The notes below the pieces were generated by a model. The model made no database searches. It saw only the letters and a program-made list of their open reading frames with translations, and was not told the origin of the DNA. Shown here in pieces: positions 18,966-27,612 of a stretch of DNA of 60,259 nt (positions within the stretch are counted from its first letter, which is position 1; every line of letters starts with the position of its first letter). The translations under genes and the position numbers were made by a program. The stretch is from a virus (Duplodnaviria; Caudoviricetes). Where the stretch lies: the IMG/VR virus record IMGVR_UViG_3300010316_001058, positions 1 through 60,259 of that record. The stretch is one strand, 5' to 3'.

Positions 18966-19049
18966 GCCCCCTTGGTGGAATGGTAGACGCGGGAGACTTA
19001 AAATCTCCTTCCTTAGGGAGTGCCAGTTCGAGTCTGGCAGGGGGCACCA
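18966..19049 (+). tRNA. tRNA-Leu(TAA)
   Basis: GCCCCCT/AGGGGGC acceptor, GGAGA-CTTAAAA-TCTCC, long variable arm, CCA. Confidence 0.93.
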
Positions 19050-19057
19050 TAGTTAAC

Positions 19058-19114
19058 GGATCCTTAGCTCAGCTGGGGAAGAATATATTTGATGGACCCT
19101 TAGCTCAGCTGGTG
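19058..19114 (+). pseudogene. two truncated tRNA 5' stubs
   Basis: GGATCCTTAGCTCAGCTGG (19058) and GGACCCTTAGCTCAGCTGGT (19094), no anticodon or T arms follow. Confidence 0.65.
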
Positions 19115-19142
19115 AGCTATTGAAGCGTAGAATACATATGCT

Positions 19143-19219
19143 GTCTCCGTGGCACAACTGGACAGCGCAAGGCACTTCTAATGCCTAGGTTGGGGGTTCG
19201 AGTCCCTCCGGGGACACCA
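19143..19219 (+). tRNA. tRNA-Arg(TCT)
   Basis: GTCTCCG/CGGGGAC acceptor, AGGCA-CTTCTAA-TGCCT, GGTTCGAGTCC, CCA. Confidence 0.93.
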
Positions 19220-19326
19220 TATGTATTCTTCGATCAAAAAGTACTCTTCCTGCTAACTTTTCGGTTGACATCGGTATCAATCAGTGCTATAACTAATGTA
19301 TAGGCAAACAAACAAAGGGTAGCAAG

Positions 19327-19515
19327 ATGACAGCAACAGAAAAAGCAATGGCAGCAGAATTGGAGATCAGTAAGTGCCTCGAGGCACTTACTGATCTCCA
19401 GCTGCTTACCGCTATGGAAGCACTCGACAGTGACCCAGCGCCGCAGCATGTTAAAGATCTTATCATGCGCAAAATCAACAGCATTATGAATGTGCGTATT
19501 GGATTGGAGGCGTAA
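19327..19515 (+). CDS. early hypothetical protein containing a perfect 40-bp palindrome
   Basis: Own promoter and SD. Confidence 0.7.
   Translation: MTATEKAMAAELEISKCLEALTDLQLLTAMEALDSDPAPQHVKDLIMRKINSIMNVRIGLEA
19361..19400. repeat. perfect 40-bp palindrome
   Basis: TGGAGATCAGTAAGTGCCTC|GAGGCACTTACTGATCTCCA. Confidence 0.95.
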
Positions 19516-19516
19516 G

Positions 19517-19780
19517 ATGGCAACGTGTCCAGAGTGCTTTGAACGCAAACCGTTTTGGGCTCGTCGTTGCCATAGTTGCAACGAAGAGATTGGATTCTTG
19601 CGTCAGCTATATACTCAGTGGGTGATCCTTACAGTGACCTTTGGGTCTATGTGGGTGTTCTATGCTGCGTTCGCAGGCGGCGTTTGGCATGCATTGTTCT
19701 GGAGCCTAGTTTGGGTGCTTGGTCCACTCATCATTGCGTTTCCGTTCATATTCATCTATTTTCTAAAGTTTGCAAAATAA
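19517..19780 (+). CDS. zinc-ribbon membrane protein
   Basis: CPEC..CHSC then two hydrophobic helices; GGAGG SD. Confidence 0.75.
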   Translation: MATCPECFERKPFWARRCHSCNEEIGFLRQLYTQWVILTVTFGSMWVFYAAFAGGVWHALFWSLVWVLGPLIIAFPFIFIYFLKFAK

Positions 19781-19839
19781 ACGGTTGACACTAGCGCGTT
19801 AGGTGCTATACTAAACAAGTAAGCAAAGAAGGGCAACGT

Positions 19840-20835
19840 ATGACACAGATTAAAATCAACAACGGTAGCTATAAGATCCGCGGCGCTGAGACTAGCATGT
19901 CCGGCAATGTGTTTGAGCTTGTAGAAGAATTCAAAGTTGGTAAGATTGGCGGCTACGTAACCGTAGATGGTCGTAGCGTTGCCGGCTTGCCCGATCGCAA
20001 CATCAAGATCCGCTGCGATGGTCCAGAAGACTACACGGTGGTCACAGGCCCCGCTAATGTACAGGCGATTGACGAAACAGACGAGCAGATCATTGAGCGG
20101 CTTCGCAACCGTTTCGACATGCTTTCGGAGATGACCAAAGCAGTCAAGAAGGGCGCTGTTGGCGCTATGATCGTAAGCGGACCTCCAGGCGTTGGCAAGT
20201 CACATGGTGTTGAGGAAGTGCTTGATCGGTATCAGATGGTTGAGACGCTGGGTGGCAGTCAGAAGCACGAGGTAGTCAAAGGCGCAATGAGCGCGATTGG
20301 CTTGTACTGCAAGCTCTACAAGTTCTCCGACAAGGACAACGTGTTGGTGTTCGACGACTGTGACAGCATCTTTAACGACGAGCTGTCGCTTAACATTATG
20401 AAGGCGGCACTTGACTCAAAGAAGAAGCGTGTGATTCACTGGAACACAGATAGCTACAAGCTACGCAACGAAGGTGTGCCAGATCAGTTCGAGTTCAAAG
20501 GCTCGGCGATCTTTATCACTAACTTGAAGTTCGACAAAGTCAAAGGCAAGCTGCGCGAGCACCTTAAGGCACTTGAGTCACGCTGCCACTACATTGACTT
20601 GACAATTGATACAGACCGCGAGAAGATGCTGCGCATCAACCAAATCGTACAGGACGGCATGTTGGACAGCTACGGCTTCGACGACGAGACACTTGAAGAG
20701 ATCATTGACTTCGTTGACATCAACAAAGATCAACTGCGTGAATTGAGCCTGCGTACTGTACTGAAGATCGCAGACTTAGTAAAGAGCTTTCCAGATCGCT
20801 GGGGCGACTTTGCACAGAATACCGTTATGCGGTAA
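19840..20835 (+). CDS. AAA+ ATPase
   Basis: Walker A GPPGVGKS, Walker B VLVFDDCD, sensor FITN, ESRC. Confidence 0.9.
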   Translation: MTQIKINNGSYKIRGAETSMSGNVFELVEEFKVGKIGGYVTVDGRSVAGLPDRNIKIRCDGPEDYTVVTGPANVQAIDETDEQIIERLRNRFDMLSEMTKAVKKGAVGAMIVSGPPGVGKSHGVEEVLDRYQMVETLGGSQKHEVVKGAMSAIGLYCKLYKFSDKDNVLVFDDCDSIFNDELSLNIMKAALDSKKKRVIHWNTDSYKLRNEGVPDQFEFKGSAIFITNLKFDKVKGKLREHLKALESRCHYIDLTIDTDREKMLRINQIVQDGMLDSYGFDDETLEEIIDFVDINKDQLRELSLRTVLKIADLVKSFPDRWGDFAQNTVMR

Positions 20836-20841
20836 CGAGAT

Positions 20842-21024
20842 GGTGTTGCGTTTGGCAGGTTGAGCTATGCTCCCGCAAACGCAACACTTAAAGCAGGGTT
20901 AACCTGCGACAGTGCTGGACACTTGTTTGCCCTCGGTCCAGCGCACTACAGAGCAAGAGTGCTGCCCTCGCACTATGCTCTAACTGCTCGGGATGCGGTT
21001 GCCCTGCTGCTCCCGAGCATTTTT
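20842..21024 (+). ncRNA. five-hairpin non-coding RNA with three (T)TGCCCT loops, ending in a terminator
   Basis: Hairpins 20842-20888, 20893-20907, 20911-20947, 20950-20981, 20985-21019 then TTTTT; G-U pairs favour plus strand. Confidence 0.7.
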
Positions 21025-21083
21025 CTCTTGACAAGACGTCCAAACGGTGTTACTATGAAAGTAAGAAACAAAGGAGAGTCCGA

Positions 21084-21434
21084 ATGAATAAGCTCATCGC
21101 AGTCGCACTGGCTGGCATTGTGTTCGTAACCCCGGCGCAGGCTGGCAATGAAGATGTCATCGTCGGAGCCATTGTTGGCGCGATCCTTGGCAAGGTGCTC
21201 AGTGATAGTCACGGGCATCAGCCACAGTACTATCCACAGCACAGCCCACAAGTTCAGCTACCACAGCACAACCCACGCAACTCACCACGCTTGCCGGGCT
21301 ACTCACGTGGTGTAAACAACCCTAGCGCAGTGTGCTCGAGCACAGCACAGCACAGTGGGAACTGGGTTATCGTGCGTCAATATAACTGCTATGGCGAACT
21401 GCTCGGTGTTCAAAAGAGTGTGCGTCACTACTAA
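21084..21434 (+). CDS. secreted glycine-zipper protein
   Basis: Signal peptide, GAIVGAILG. Confidence 0.75.
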   Translation: MNKLIAVALAGIVFVTPAQAGNEDVIVGAIVGAILGKVLSDSHGHQPQYYPQHSPQVQLPQHNPRNSPRLPGYSRGVNNPSAVCSSTAQHSGNWVIVRQYNCYGELLGVQKSVRHY

Positions 21435-21506
21435 TTAGTGGTTGACATTGGCACCGTTCAGTGCTATAGTATATGTATAGGGCAACACGCTAAAGGAGAT
21501 TAGCAC

Positions 21507-21701
21507 ATGACTCAGTGGAAAGATATTTCAACGTTCGACTACGGTGCGTATCGCTATGTGGACGTGCTAGTGCGTGGCAAGGATGGTGTGGCTGTGGCTG
21601 CTTGGGACCCCGCGGAATTTGCATTCATCTCCGACCTCCGCGGCAAAGGTATGGGGGAAACCGTATACGGCCCAGTTGCTTGGATGGAAATTCCAGAGTA
21701 A
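21507..21701 (+). CDS. DUF551-like small protein
   Basis: QWKDI..VLV..WMEIPE pattern. Confidence 0.65.
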   Translation: MTQWKDISTFDYGAYRYVDVLVRGKDGVAVAAWDPAEFAFISDLRGKGMGETVYGPVAWMEIPE

Positions 21702-21711
21702 GGATAATGAG

Positions 21712-21864
21712 ATGACTAGAATTTTTATAGTGATGATGATCGTGACTCTTGTAGTGGGACTTGCGTCAGTGTCCTTTGTGGTCAGCAAGTGTGGCGCCAA
21801 GGGGCTGCTCTACGGCAATGGCGCGGTGATCGTTGCTGCTTCAGGAGTGTGCGACGACAAATAA
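21712..21864 (+). CDS. small membrane protein
   Basis: AAGGA SD, hydrophobic N-terminus. Confidence 0.5.
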   Translation: MTRIFIVMMIVTLVVGLASVSFVVSKCGAKGLLYGNGAVIVAASGVCDDK

Positions 21865-22159
21865 ATGGTTGACATTGACACCATTAGGTGCTATAGTATA
21901 TGTATAGGGCAACAAGGAGATAATGAAAATGACCAACTGCTGCGCAAAGAATAAAGTCTGGGTTAATAAGTTCGCTGACCTTGAGGTTCAGGACGTCGAT
22001 AGCAAGGGTGCTCTAACCAAAGATTATGTTGCCTTTGATGTAAATGTTTTTATTTGCAAGGTTTGCAATAAAATTCATTTAAGCGCGGATTAGGCTTGTA
22101 ATCTGCACCATTAGGTGCTATAGTATATGTATAGGGCAACAACACAAGAGGGCAACAAG

Positions 22160-22510
22160 ATGGCATATGTAAGCAAAGAAGACAAAGCGAAGTTGGCACC
22201 AGCGATCAAAGCTGTGCTTGCCAAGTACAACATGAAGGGCACGATCGCCGTGCGTCATCACAGCACATTGGTTGTCACTGTGCGTCAAGGCGCTATCGAC
22301 TTCGGTGGCACCGACATCGACGTTAACGTTTATTGGATTCACGAGCACTACAAGGGCAAGGCTAAGAAGTTCCTTACAGAGCTGCTGGCGGCTATGAAGG
22401 GGCCGGACTTCTTTGATCACTCAGACTCAATGACTGATTACTTCCACCGCAGCCACTACACAGACATCAACATCGGCGCATGGAACAGGCCATACGCGCT
22501 GGCCAAGTAA
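22160..22510 (+). CDS. early hypothetical protein (paralog of 12895-13323)
   Basis: MAYVSKEDKAKLAPAIKAVLAKY..SDSMTDYF..DINIGAWNRPY. Confidence 0.85.
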   Translation: MAYVSKEDKAKLAPAIKAVLAKYNMKGTIAVRHHSTLVVTVRQGAIDFGGTDIDVNVYWIHEHYKGKAKKFLTELLAAMKGPDFFDHSDSMTDYFHRSHYTDINIGAWNRPYALAK

Positions 22511-22533
22511 CACACAAACAAAGGACGAACATC

Positions 22534-22878
22534 ATGGGAATTTATTACAGAGGCATCAGCAAGCGCACTCGCACTGTCAAAGGCGTTACGTTTGCGTTCA
22601 CTAACTTCCACGGCAAAGCGCCAGTGAACCGAGTCGAACCCAACCGAGCGTGGAACACCTTTGTTACCAAGAGCTCAAAGACCGCAGACGAGATGGCGCT
22701 CAAGGTCAACTATGTAGTCATGGCCAACACCATCACCGAGATGGCCGAATATGGCGAGACTGTGATCGCTGCGTGGAATGGACAGTCGACTATGGACGAT
22801 CACTTTTGGGACACCAAGGCTGTTGGCAAGGTGATCAAGCGTGGCAAGCGGTGGCAGGTTGAGTTCAGCCCTGCCTAA
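22534..22878 (+). CDS. early hypothetical protein
   Basis: AAGGA SD. Confidence 0.7.
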   Translation: MGIYYRGISKRTRTVKGVTFAFTNFHGKAPVNRVEPNRAWNTFVTKSSKTADEMALKVNYVVMANTITEMAEYGETVIAAWNGQSTMDDHFWDTKAVGKVIKRGKRWQVEFSPA

Positions 22879-22952
22879 ACAAAATGGTTGACATCGGAAC
22901 CGTTTGATGCTATATTATATGTATAGGGCAAACAACCAAAGAGAGACGCACA

Positions 22953-23690
22953 ATGATTAAGTTTACAAGCATCGTAGCCGCTGCAATGATTACCGCAGGA
23001 GCGGCATCAGCATGTGAATACAAAGCACACAACATCAACATTGACTTCAACGGCACCGCGCCAATTGCAGGTGCGTGTGAAGGCGCAGTGACAGCGATCA
23101 AGTTCTTTGAAGATGTAGGCTACGACGAGCAAGTGTTCACTGTAAACATCACAGTCACTGACGCTGTCTACACTTACATGACAAACGAGAACACAGGCGA
23201 AGAGATTCCGCTTCGTGCGTTTGGCCTGTATGACGGCGAATCAAATCAAATCACAATAAGCGCCTTGGGCACTGACTACATGAACTCACGCACTGCATGG
23301 AACACTGATGCGCGTGATGACACCAGCGGCATGCCAATCACTGAAGAGATTTGGGCAAGCGTTATTACACACGAGACAGCTCATGCACTTAGCACACAGG
23401 TCTTCAACAGGCTGAACCCTGTGATGGTGAGCAACGGCTATTTTATGCCACATGGCCCAAGCGAGTATATTTCTTACATGATTCAACTCGCTACTACACG
23501 CGATGAACTGCGTGATGAGATCATTGCCAGCTTTGACAACCCTACAGCGTTTGCACACAGAGACAACTTGAATCCGTATGTCCACTTTGCTCACCCACAC
23601 AAGTATGGCGTCCGCGCGTACCTTACACAGAACATGGATTGGTTCCATAATGCACTGAGCGGCAAGTTTGGTCAACTGCCGGATTGGTAA
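22953..23690 (+). CDS. secreted zincin-like metallopeptidase
   Basis: Signal peptide; HETAH (HExxH) with downstream SEY. Confidence 0.65.
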   Translation: MIKFTSIVAAAMITAGAASACEYKAHNINIDFNGTAPIAGACEGAVTAIKFFEDVGYDEQVFTVNITVTDAVYTYMTNENTGEEIPLRAFGLYDGESNQITISALGTDYMNSRTAWNTDARDDTSGMPITEEIWASVITHETAHALSTQVFNRLNPVMVSNGYFMPHGPSEYISYMIQLATTRDELRDEIIASFDNPTAFAHRDNLNPYVHFAHPHKYGVRAYLTQNMDWFHNALSGKFGQLPDW

Positions 23691-23764
23691 ATTAGAGGTT
23701 GACAATGGCACCACTAGGTGCTATTGTTATTGTATAGGCAAACAACAAAAGACGAGGGCAGTCA

Positions 23765-24319
23765 ATGAAGTTTATCAAAGTTATCGCGCACACAGTCAAT
23801 GTCGCGGCATTAGCCGGCATGATTGGAGTATACGCAGCAAACAATGTCGCAGCAGACACAGCACAAGACACGATGTCAGTTGCTGATATTGTAGGCGCCG
23901 CCGAACTACTGTGTCTACAGCAAAACATCTACTTCGAAGCAGGCAACCAAAGCCTGCTGGGCAAGGTATCCGTTGCGTGGGTCACACTCAATCGAGTAGA
24001 GGACGATCGTTATCCAGGAACGATCTGCGGCGTAGTCAAGCAAGGACTCAAGGATGACAAGGGCAACATGATCCGACACAAGTGTCAGTTCAGCTGGTAC
24101 TGCGATGGCAAGGCTGATACTGTTTCTGACAACGTTATCGAGCAGCGCGCCTGGCAAGACAGTCAGATAGTTGCCGAGGTTGTGCTGCTAGACTGGGCTC
24201 GTGCTATGCAGTCACCAGTTGGCGAAGCTGTTATGTATCACGCAGACTATGTCGAGCCATACTGGGCTTCAAGCTACGATCGCGTGGTACAGATCGACAC
24301 TCACATTTTTTACGAATAA
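23765..24319 (+). CDS. SleB/CwlJ-like cell wall hydrolase (Hydrolase_2)
   Basis: CL.QNIYFEA, V.LNRV...YPGTICGVV.Q, CQFSWYCDG, YHADYV.P.W, HIFY. Confidence 0.92.
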   Translation: MKFIKVIAHTVNVAALAGMIGVYAANNVAADTAQDTMSVADIVGAAELLCLQQNIYFEAGNQSLLGKVSVAWVTLNRVEDDRYPGTICGVVKQGLKDDKGNMIRHKCQFSWYCDGKADTVSDNVIEQRAWQDSQIVAEVVLLDWARAMQSPVGEAVMYHADYVEPYWASSYDRVVQIDTHIFYE

Positions 24320-24381
24320 GGGGTTGACAACGGTGTCAATCAATGCTATAACTAGTGTATAGGCAAACAAGGAGACACGCG

Positions 24382-24783
24382 ATGACACATACTTTTGAAG
24401 CAAACATTTTTTCCGACTTGTTCAAAGATGCGCGTGGCTACCGTCCAGACAGCGGACACGAGTTCTACATGCTGGACACCACCGACGATCGCAAGCAAGA
24501 GATCTGGGACAGCATGATCGAAGAGTTCAACGAAGCACAAGAAGCAGAGCAGAAGCGCGAAGCTGCGGCACTTGCTGCGTTTGAAGCTCGTGTTGCTGCG
24601 ACACGCGCACTTGGTGCCAGCACTGACGTCGAAGCGATCAAATGGATCCTTGACGCAGAAGGCATGGACGAGTACGATTACATGTACGGCGCTGATGCTG
24701 CGGCTTTCCACTTCGGACTTGCTTACAGCAATCCATTCAAAGAACTATTCACTCAAGCAATGACTAAGGAGACGACACAATGA
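24382..24783 (+). CDS. early hypothetical protein
   Basis: SDLFKDARGYRP motif; own promoter and SD. Confidence 0.8.
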   Translation: MTHTFEANIFSDLFKDARGYRPDSGHEFYMLDTTDDRKQEIWDSMIEEFNEAQEAEQKREAAALAAFEARVAATRALGASTDVEAIKWILDAEGMDEYDYMYGADAAAFHFGLAYSNPFKELFTQAMTKETTQ

Positions 24784-24995
24784 GCTTTATTCCATTTATC
24801 CTCCAAGGTGCGTTCTTTGGATACGTACTCGGCAACTTTTTGTCAATGGAGACTGACCTACTAGCGTTCATAGGCCTGTGCCTCATCAACGCCGCGCTGG
24901 TGATTGTCTACGGCGACCACCGCCGCAACGAATAAATGGTTGACATCGACACCAAACGGTGTTATCGTAAGTTATAGGCAAACAAGGAGAAGACT

Positions 24996-25475
24996 ATGGG
25001 ACTTGATATGTATCTGACTGCTGAGCGTTACCTTTGGGGATCCGGCGACAACACTGACAAAGACGTCAAAGCTGCTATCCAAAAGATGATGCCAGAGACT
25101 GCGGGCATGGAAGTCAAGACCGTGAGCATCGAAGCCATGTACTGGCGCAAGGCCAACGCTATCCACAAGTGGTTCGTTGACACACTACAGGAAGGAGTCG
25201 ACGAGTGTCAGACTACTCGACTCGAATGGGATAGCCTTGTTCAGCTTCGCGCACTGTGTCAGAGTGTACTTGCTGATCATTCTATTGCTCCAGACGTGCT
25301 GCCAGCAGGCGGCGGGTTCTTCTTTGGCAACACTGAGTACGACGAGTGGTACTTCGACACCCTAGAGCGTACCGTTGAAGGCATTGACCGCATTGAGAAT
25401 CAGTTGGTGGCTGAAACGGACCGATCCGGTGTGCCGTACAGCCAGTGGGAATTCAAATACCAAAGTTCCTGGTAA
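24996..25475 (+). CDS. conserved phage protein (MGLDMYL family)
   Basis: MGLDMYL, YWRKANAIH.WF, GFFFG..YDEWY, YQSSW. Confidence 0.88.
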   Translation: MGLDMYLTAERYLWGSGDNTDKDVKAAIQKMMPETAGMEVKTVSIEAMYWRKANAIHKWFVDTLQEGVDECQTTRLEWDSLVQLRALCQSVLADHSIAPDVLPAGGGFFFGNTEYDEWYFDTLERTVEGIDRIENQLVAETDRSGVPYSQWEFKYQSSW

Positions 25476-25780
25476 TAAGAGGTTGACAATGGCACCATTG
25501 GGTGCTAGTATAAGTGTATAGGGCAAACAAACAAGGAACATGATATGATAGTCTATGCTGTGATGTGCGAGAGCTACAACGGTGAGCGCGATGTGACTGA
25601 GGTCTATACCTTGTATGCTAACAAGAACGATGCCGAAGCCTTTGTAGCCACTGCGATGGCTGGCAAGCGCAGTTCATATTCGCCTACATATTATGTTGAC
25701 CCAATGGAAGTTATTGGTTGACAAAGGCACCATTTGGTGCTAGTATAAGTGTACAGGGCAACACGCTAAGGAGTTAGCAC

Positions 25781-26182
25781 ATGACAAAGACATTTACCCG
25801 CGTAGGCATCAGCACTAACAAAGGCAAGACTCAGTTCCGCTACACCAACGACCTCAACCGTGAGACGGTGCTCAGCAAGAACGGTCACACTGACATCGTG
25901 TTCTACGAGCTCGGCGAAGCGTTGACCAAAGAGCAGGCAAGCGAAGTTATGAGCAACATCCTTGCTCAAGCTGCTAGCGGCGCATTGGAAGCAACACCCG
26001 ACGATGGCTTTGTTGAACCCAAGGACGAAGCTGTCCAGGTAGCAATGTGCCAAGCTGCTCGCGACAATCCAACACTGGACGCGCAAGCTTTGTTCATGCT
26101 AGTGACTGCTCCGGAAGTCGAAGAGGAGTGGACCCCTGAGAATGCCGACTACTGCGATGTTGGATCGCGTCATCATTATTAA
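25781..26182 (+). CDS. early hypothetical protein
   Basis: Own promoter and AAGGAG SD. Confidence 0.8.
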   Translation: MTKTFTRVGISTNKGKTQFRYTNDLNRETVLSKNGHTDIVFYELGEALTKEQASEVMSNILAQAASGALEATPDDGFVEPKDEAVQVAMCQAARDNPTLDAQALFMLVTAPEVEEEWTPENADYCDVGSRHHY

Positions 26183-26252
26183 ATAATAATGGTTGACAAT
26201 GGCACCATTAGGTGCTATAGTATATGTATAGGGCAAACAAGAGGACTTGAAC

Positions 26253-26477
26253 ATGTCAACATCATTGCGCGACGTAACTCCAACACTCCTGCAGACACGC
26301 TTCTTTGGCGGACAGAACCGCGGCCCATGTGTACAAGTTACACAGACGCAGATGAAGAGCTGTGCTGCAAGCAACCCACAAGGTGTGCAGTTCCTGCAAC
26401 TCACACGCAACGAAGCAGCACTGTTGGCAGCAGAGTTGTTGCGCTTTGCTACAGGCAACGAAGTGGAGGAAGTATAA
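26253..26477 (+). CDS. early hypothetical protein
   Basis: TRFFGG..RG.CVQVT. Confidence 0.75.
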   Translation: MSTSLRDVTPTLLQTRFFGGQNRGPCVQVTQTQMKSCAASNPQGVQFLQLTRNEAALLAAELLRFATGNEVEEV

Positions 26478-26758
26478 TGAACACTGCACAGATCATCCTA
26501 AGCCAAATCAAAACACTGGACCCGATGGCCACGTTCGCTTGGGGCGCGAAAGATATGATCCGCATCACTGACGGCTTGAAGTTCAAGACTTCGGGCATGG
26601 TCAAGTGGAAAGGCTACGTAGAGGTCACACTCAACGGCAGCGACCTCTACGACATCGACTTCTACAAGATCCGCGGTGCCAAGCTTACCTACACCGAACA
26701 GGTAACTGATGTGTTCGTCGAAGACTTGGTCAGCACCATAGACAGCGTGGTAGGATAA
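26477..26758 (+). CDS. early hypothetical protein
   Basis: TAATG overlap, GGAGG SD; AQIIL.QI..WGAK..DLYDI. Confidence 0.8.
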   Translation: MNTAQIILSQIKTLDPMATFAWGAKDMIRITDGLKFKTSGMVKWKGYVEVTLNGSDLYDIDFYKIRGAKLTYTEQVTDVFVEDLVSTIDSVVG

Positions 26759-26832
26759 CATGTCATCATAAAAGGTTGACAATGGCACCGTTTGGTGCTA
26801 TAGTATATGTATAGGGCAACAAGGAGAGCAAG

Positions 26833-27072
26833 ATGTTCAGCGAGACTTATACTGTAAAGCAACTTCGGAATGCGTTGTTGGCGTTGAGCAACCGCAAGAC
26901 CAAGAGTGTCAAAAAGCGTATGGCATATGCTCGACTCAACAACATGCTGGATTGGCTAGGTTGGGAAGACCAAAAAGAAGTTACACTGAAGGATCTATAC
27001 GCCATTCCCAGCGTAGGCAAGAAGACTGTAGATACTGTCCTATGTGACTGGCGGCATGTATTAAGAGGTTGA
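26833..27072 (+). CDS. small protein with HhH-like motif
   Basis: DLYAIPSVGKKTV. Confidence 0.7.
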   Translation: MFSETYTVKQLRNALLALSNRKTKSVKKRMAYARLNNMLDWLGWEDQKEVTLKDLYAIPSVGKKTVDTVLCDWRHVLRG

Positions 27073-27130
27073 CAATGGTATCATTCGATGCTATAACTAG
27101 TGTATAGGCAAACAAACAAAGGACTTGAAT

Positions 27131-27391
27131 ATGAAACTCACAGTACAGAACTTGCAGCAGATGATGCAGTACCTCCGCAACGTTGCAGAGATTGATGCCA
27201 ACGATGTAGTCAGCAACGCTGCTTCAAGCCTTGCTTATCGTTTGGAAGCTGCTGGCCTTAGCTGCTTTGACATGAGCTTGGACTTCACTAAGTGGAGCAC
27301 AGCTGATCAAGCCATTGCCAAGTATGCTATCAGCAAGCGCAACACCTATGTGTTGCTGCCCGGCAACCGTCACGCAACACTCGCAGCATAA
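27131..27391 (+). CDS. early hypothetical protein
   Basis: Last promoter cassette and SD. Confidence 0.7.
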   Translation: MKLTVQNLQQMMQYLRNVAEIDANDVVSNAASSLAYRLEAAGLSCFDMSLDFTKWSTADQAIAKYAISKRNTYVLLPGNRHATLAA

Positions 27392-27401
27392 GGAACACAC
27401 T

Positions 27402-27611
27402 ATGACTAATAGAGTCTTTGAAGATGCTAACAGCTTTGAAGTATCAAGCAAGGGCTGTGATGTAGAAGTCTATGTGTTCAACACCACTGACCGCAGTGTG
27501 AACATACAATGCATCGAGGAAGCTGGCTGGGACAGTCAGCGCGTCACTATGAATATTACAGCTGAGGAAGCTACTAAGCTCAAGCAGTTCCTCATCGCAC
27601 AAGGATACTAA
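27402..27611 (+). CDS. hypothetical protein
   Basis: AAGGA SD. Confidence 0.65.
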   Translation: MTNRVFEDANSFEVSSKGCDVEVYVFNTTDRSVNIQCIEEAGWDSQRVTMNITAEEATKLKQFLIAQGY

Positions 27612-27612
27612 C

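Larger units (their letters stand above)
9474..27115 (+). promoter_or_regulatory. array of about 41 sigma70 early promoter/stem-loop cassettes
   Basis: GGTTGACA-N17-TAT(T/A)(G/A)(T/C) with TG extension before almost every small gene; about 33 continue into AGG(G)CAA then a strong SD. Confidence 0.92.

Noticed and set aside
18908-19123. 71-aa ORF
   Set aside because: Overlaps tRNA genes
20860-21087. 75-aa ORF over the hairpin array
   Set aside because: TTG start without SD, crosses a terminator and the next promoter; structure better explains the sequence
9474-27115. Integron attC cassette array
   Set aside because: Repeats are sigma70 promoters upstream of genes, lack attC R-box architecture, and no integrase is present
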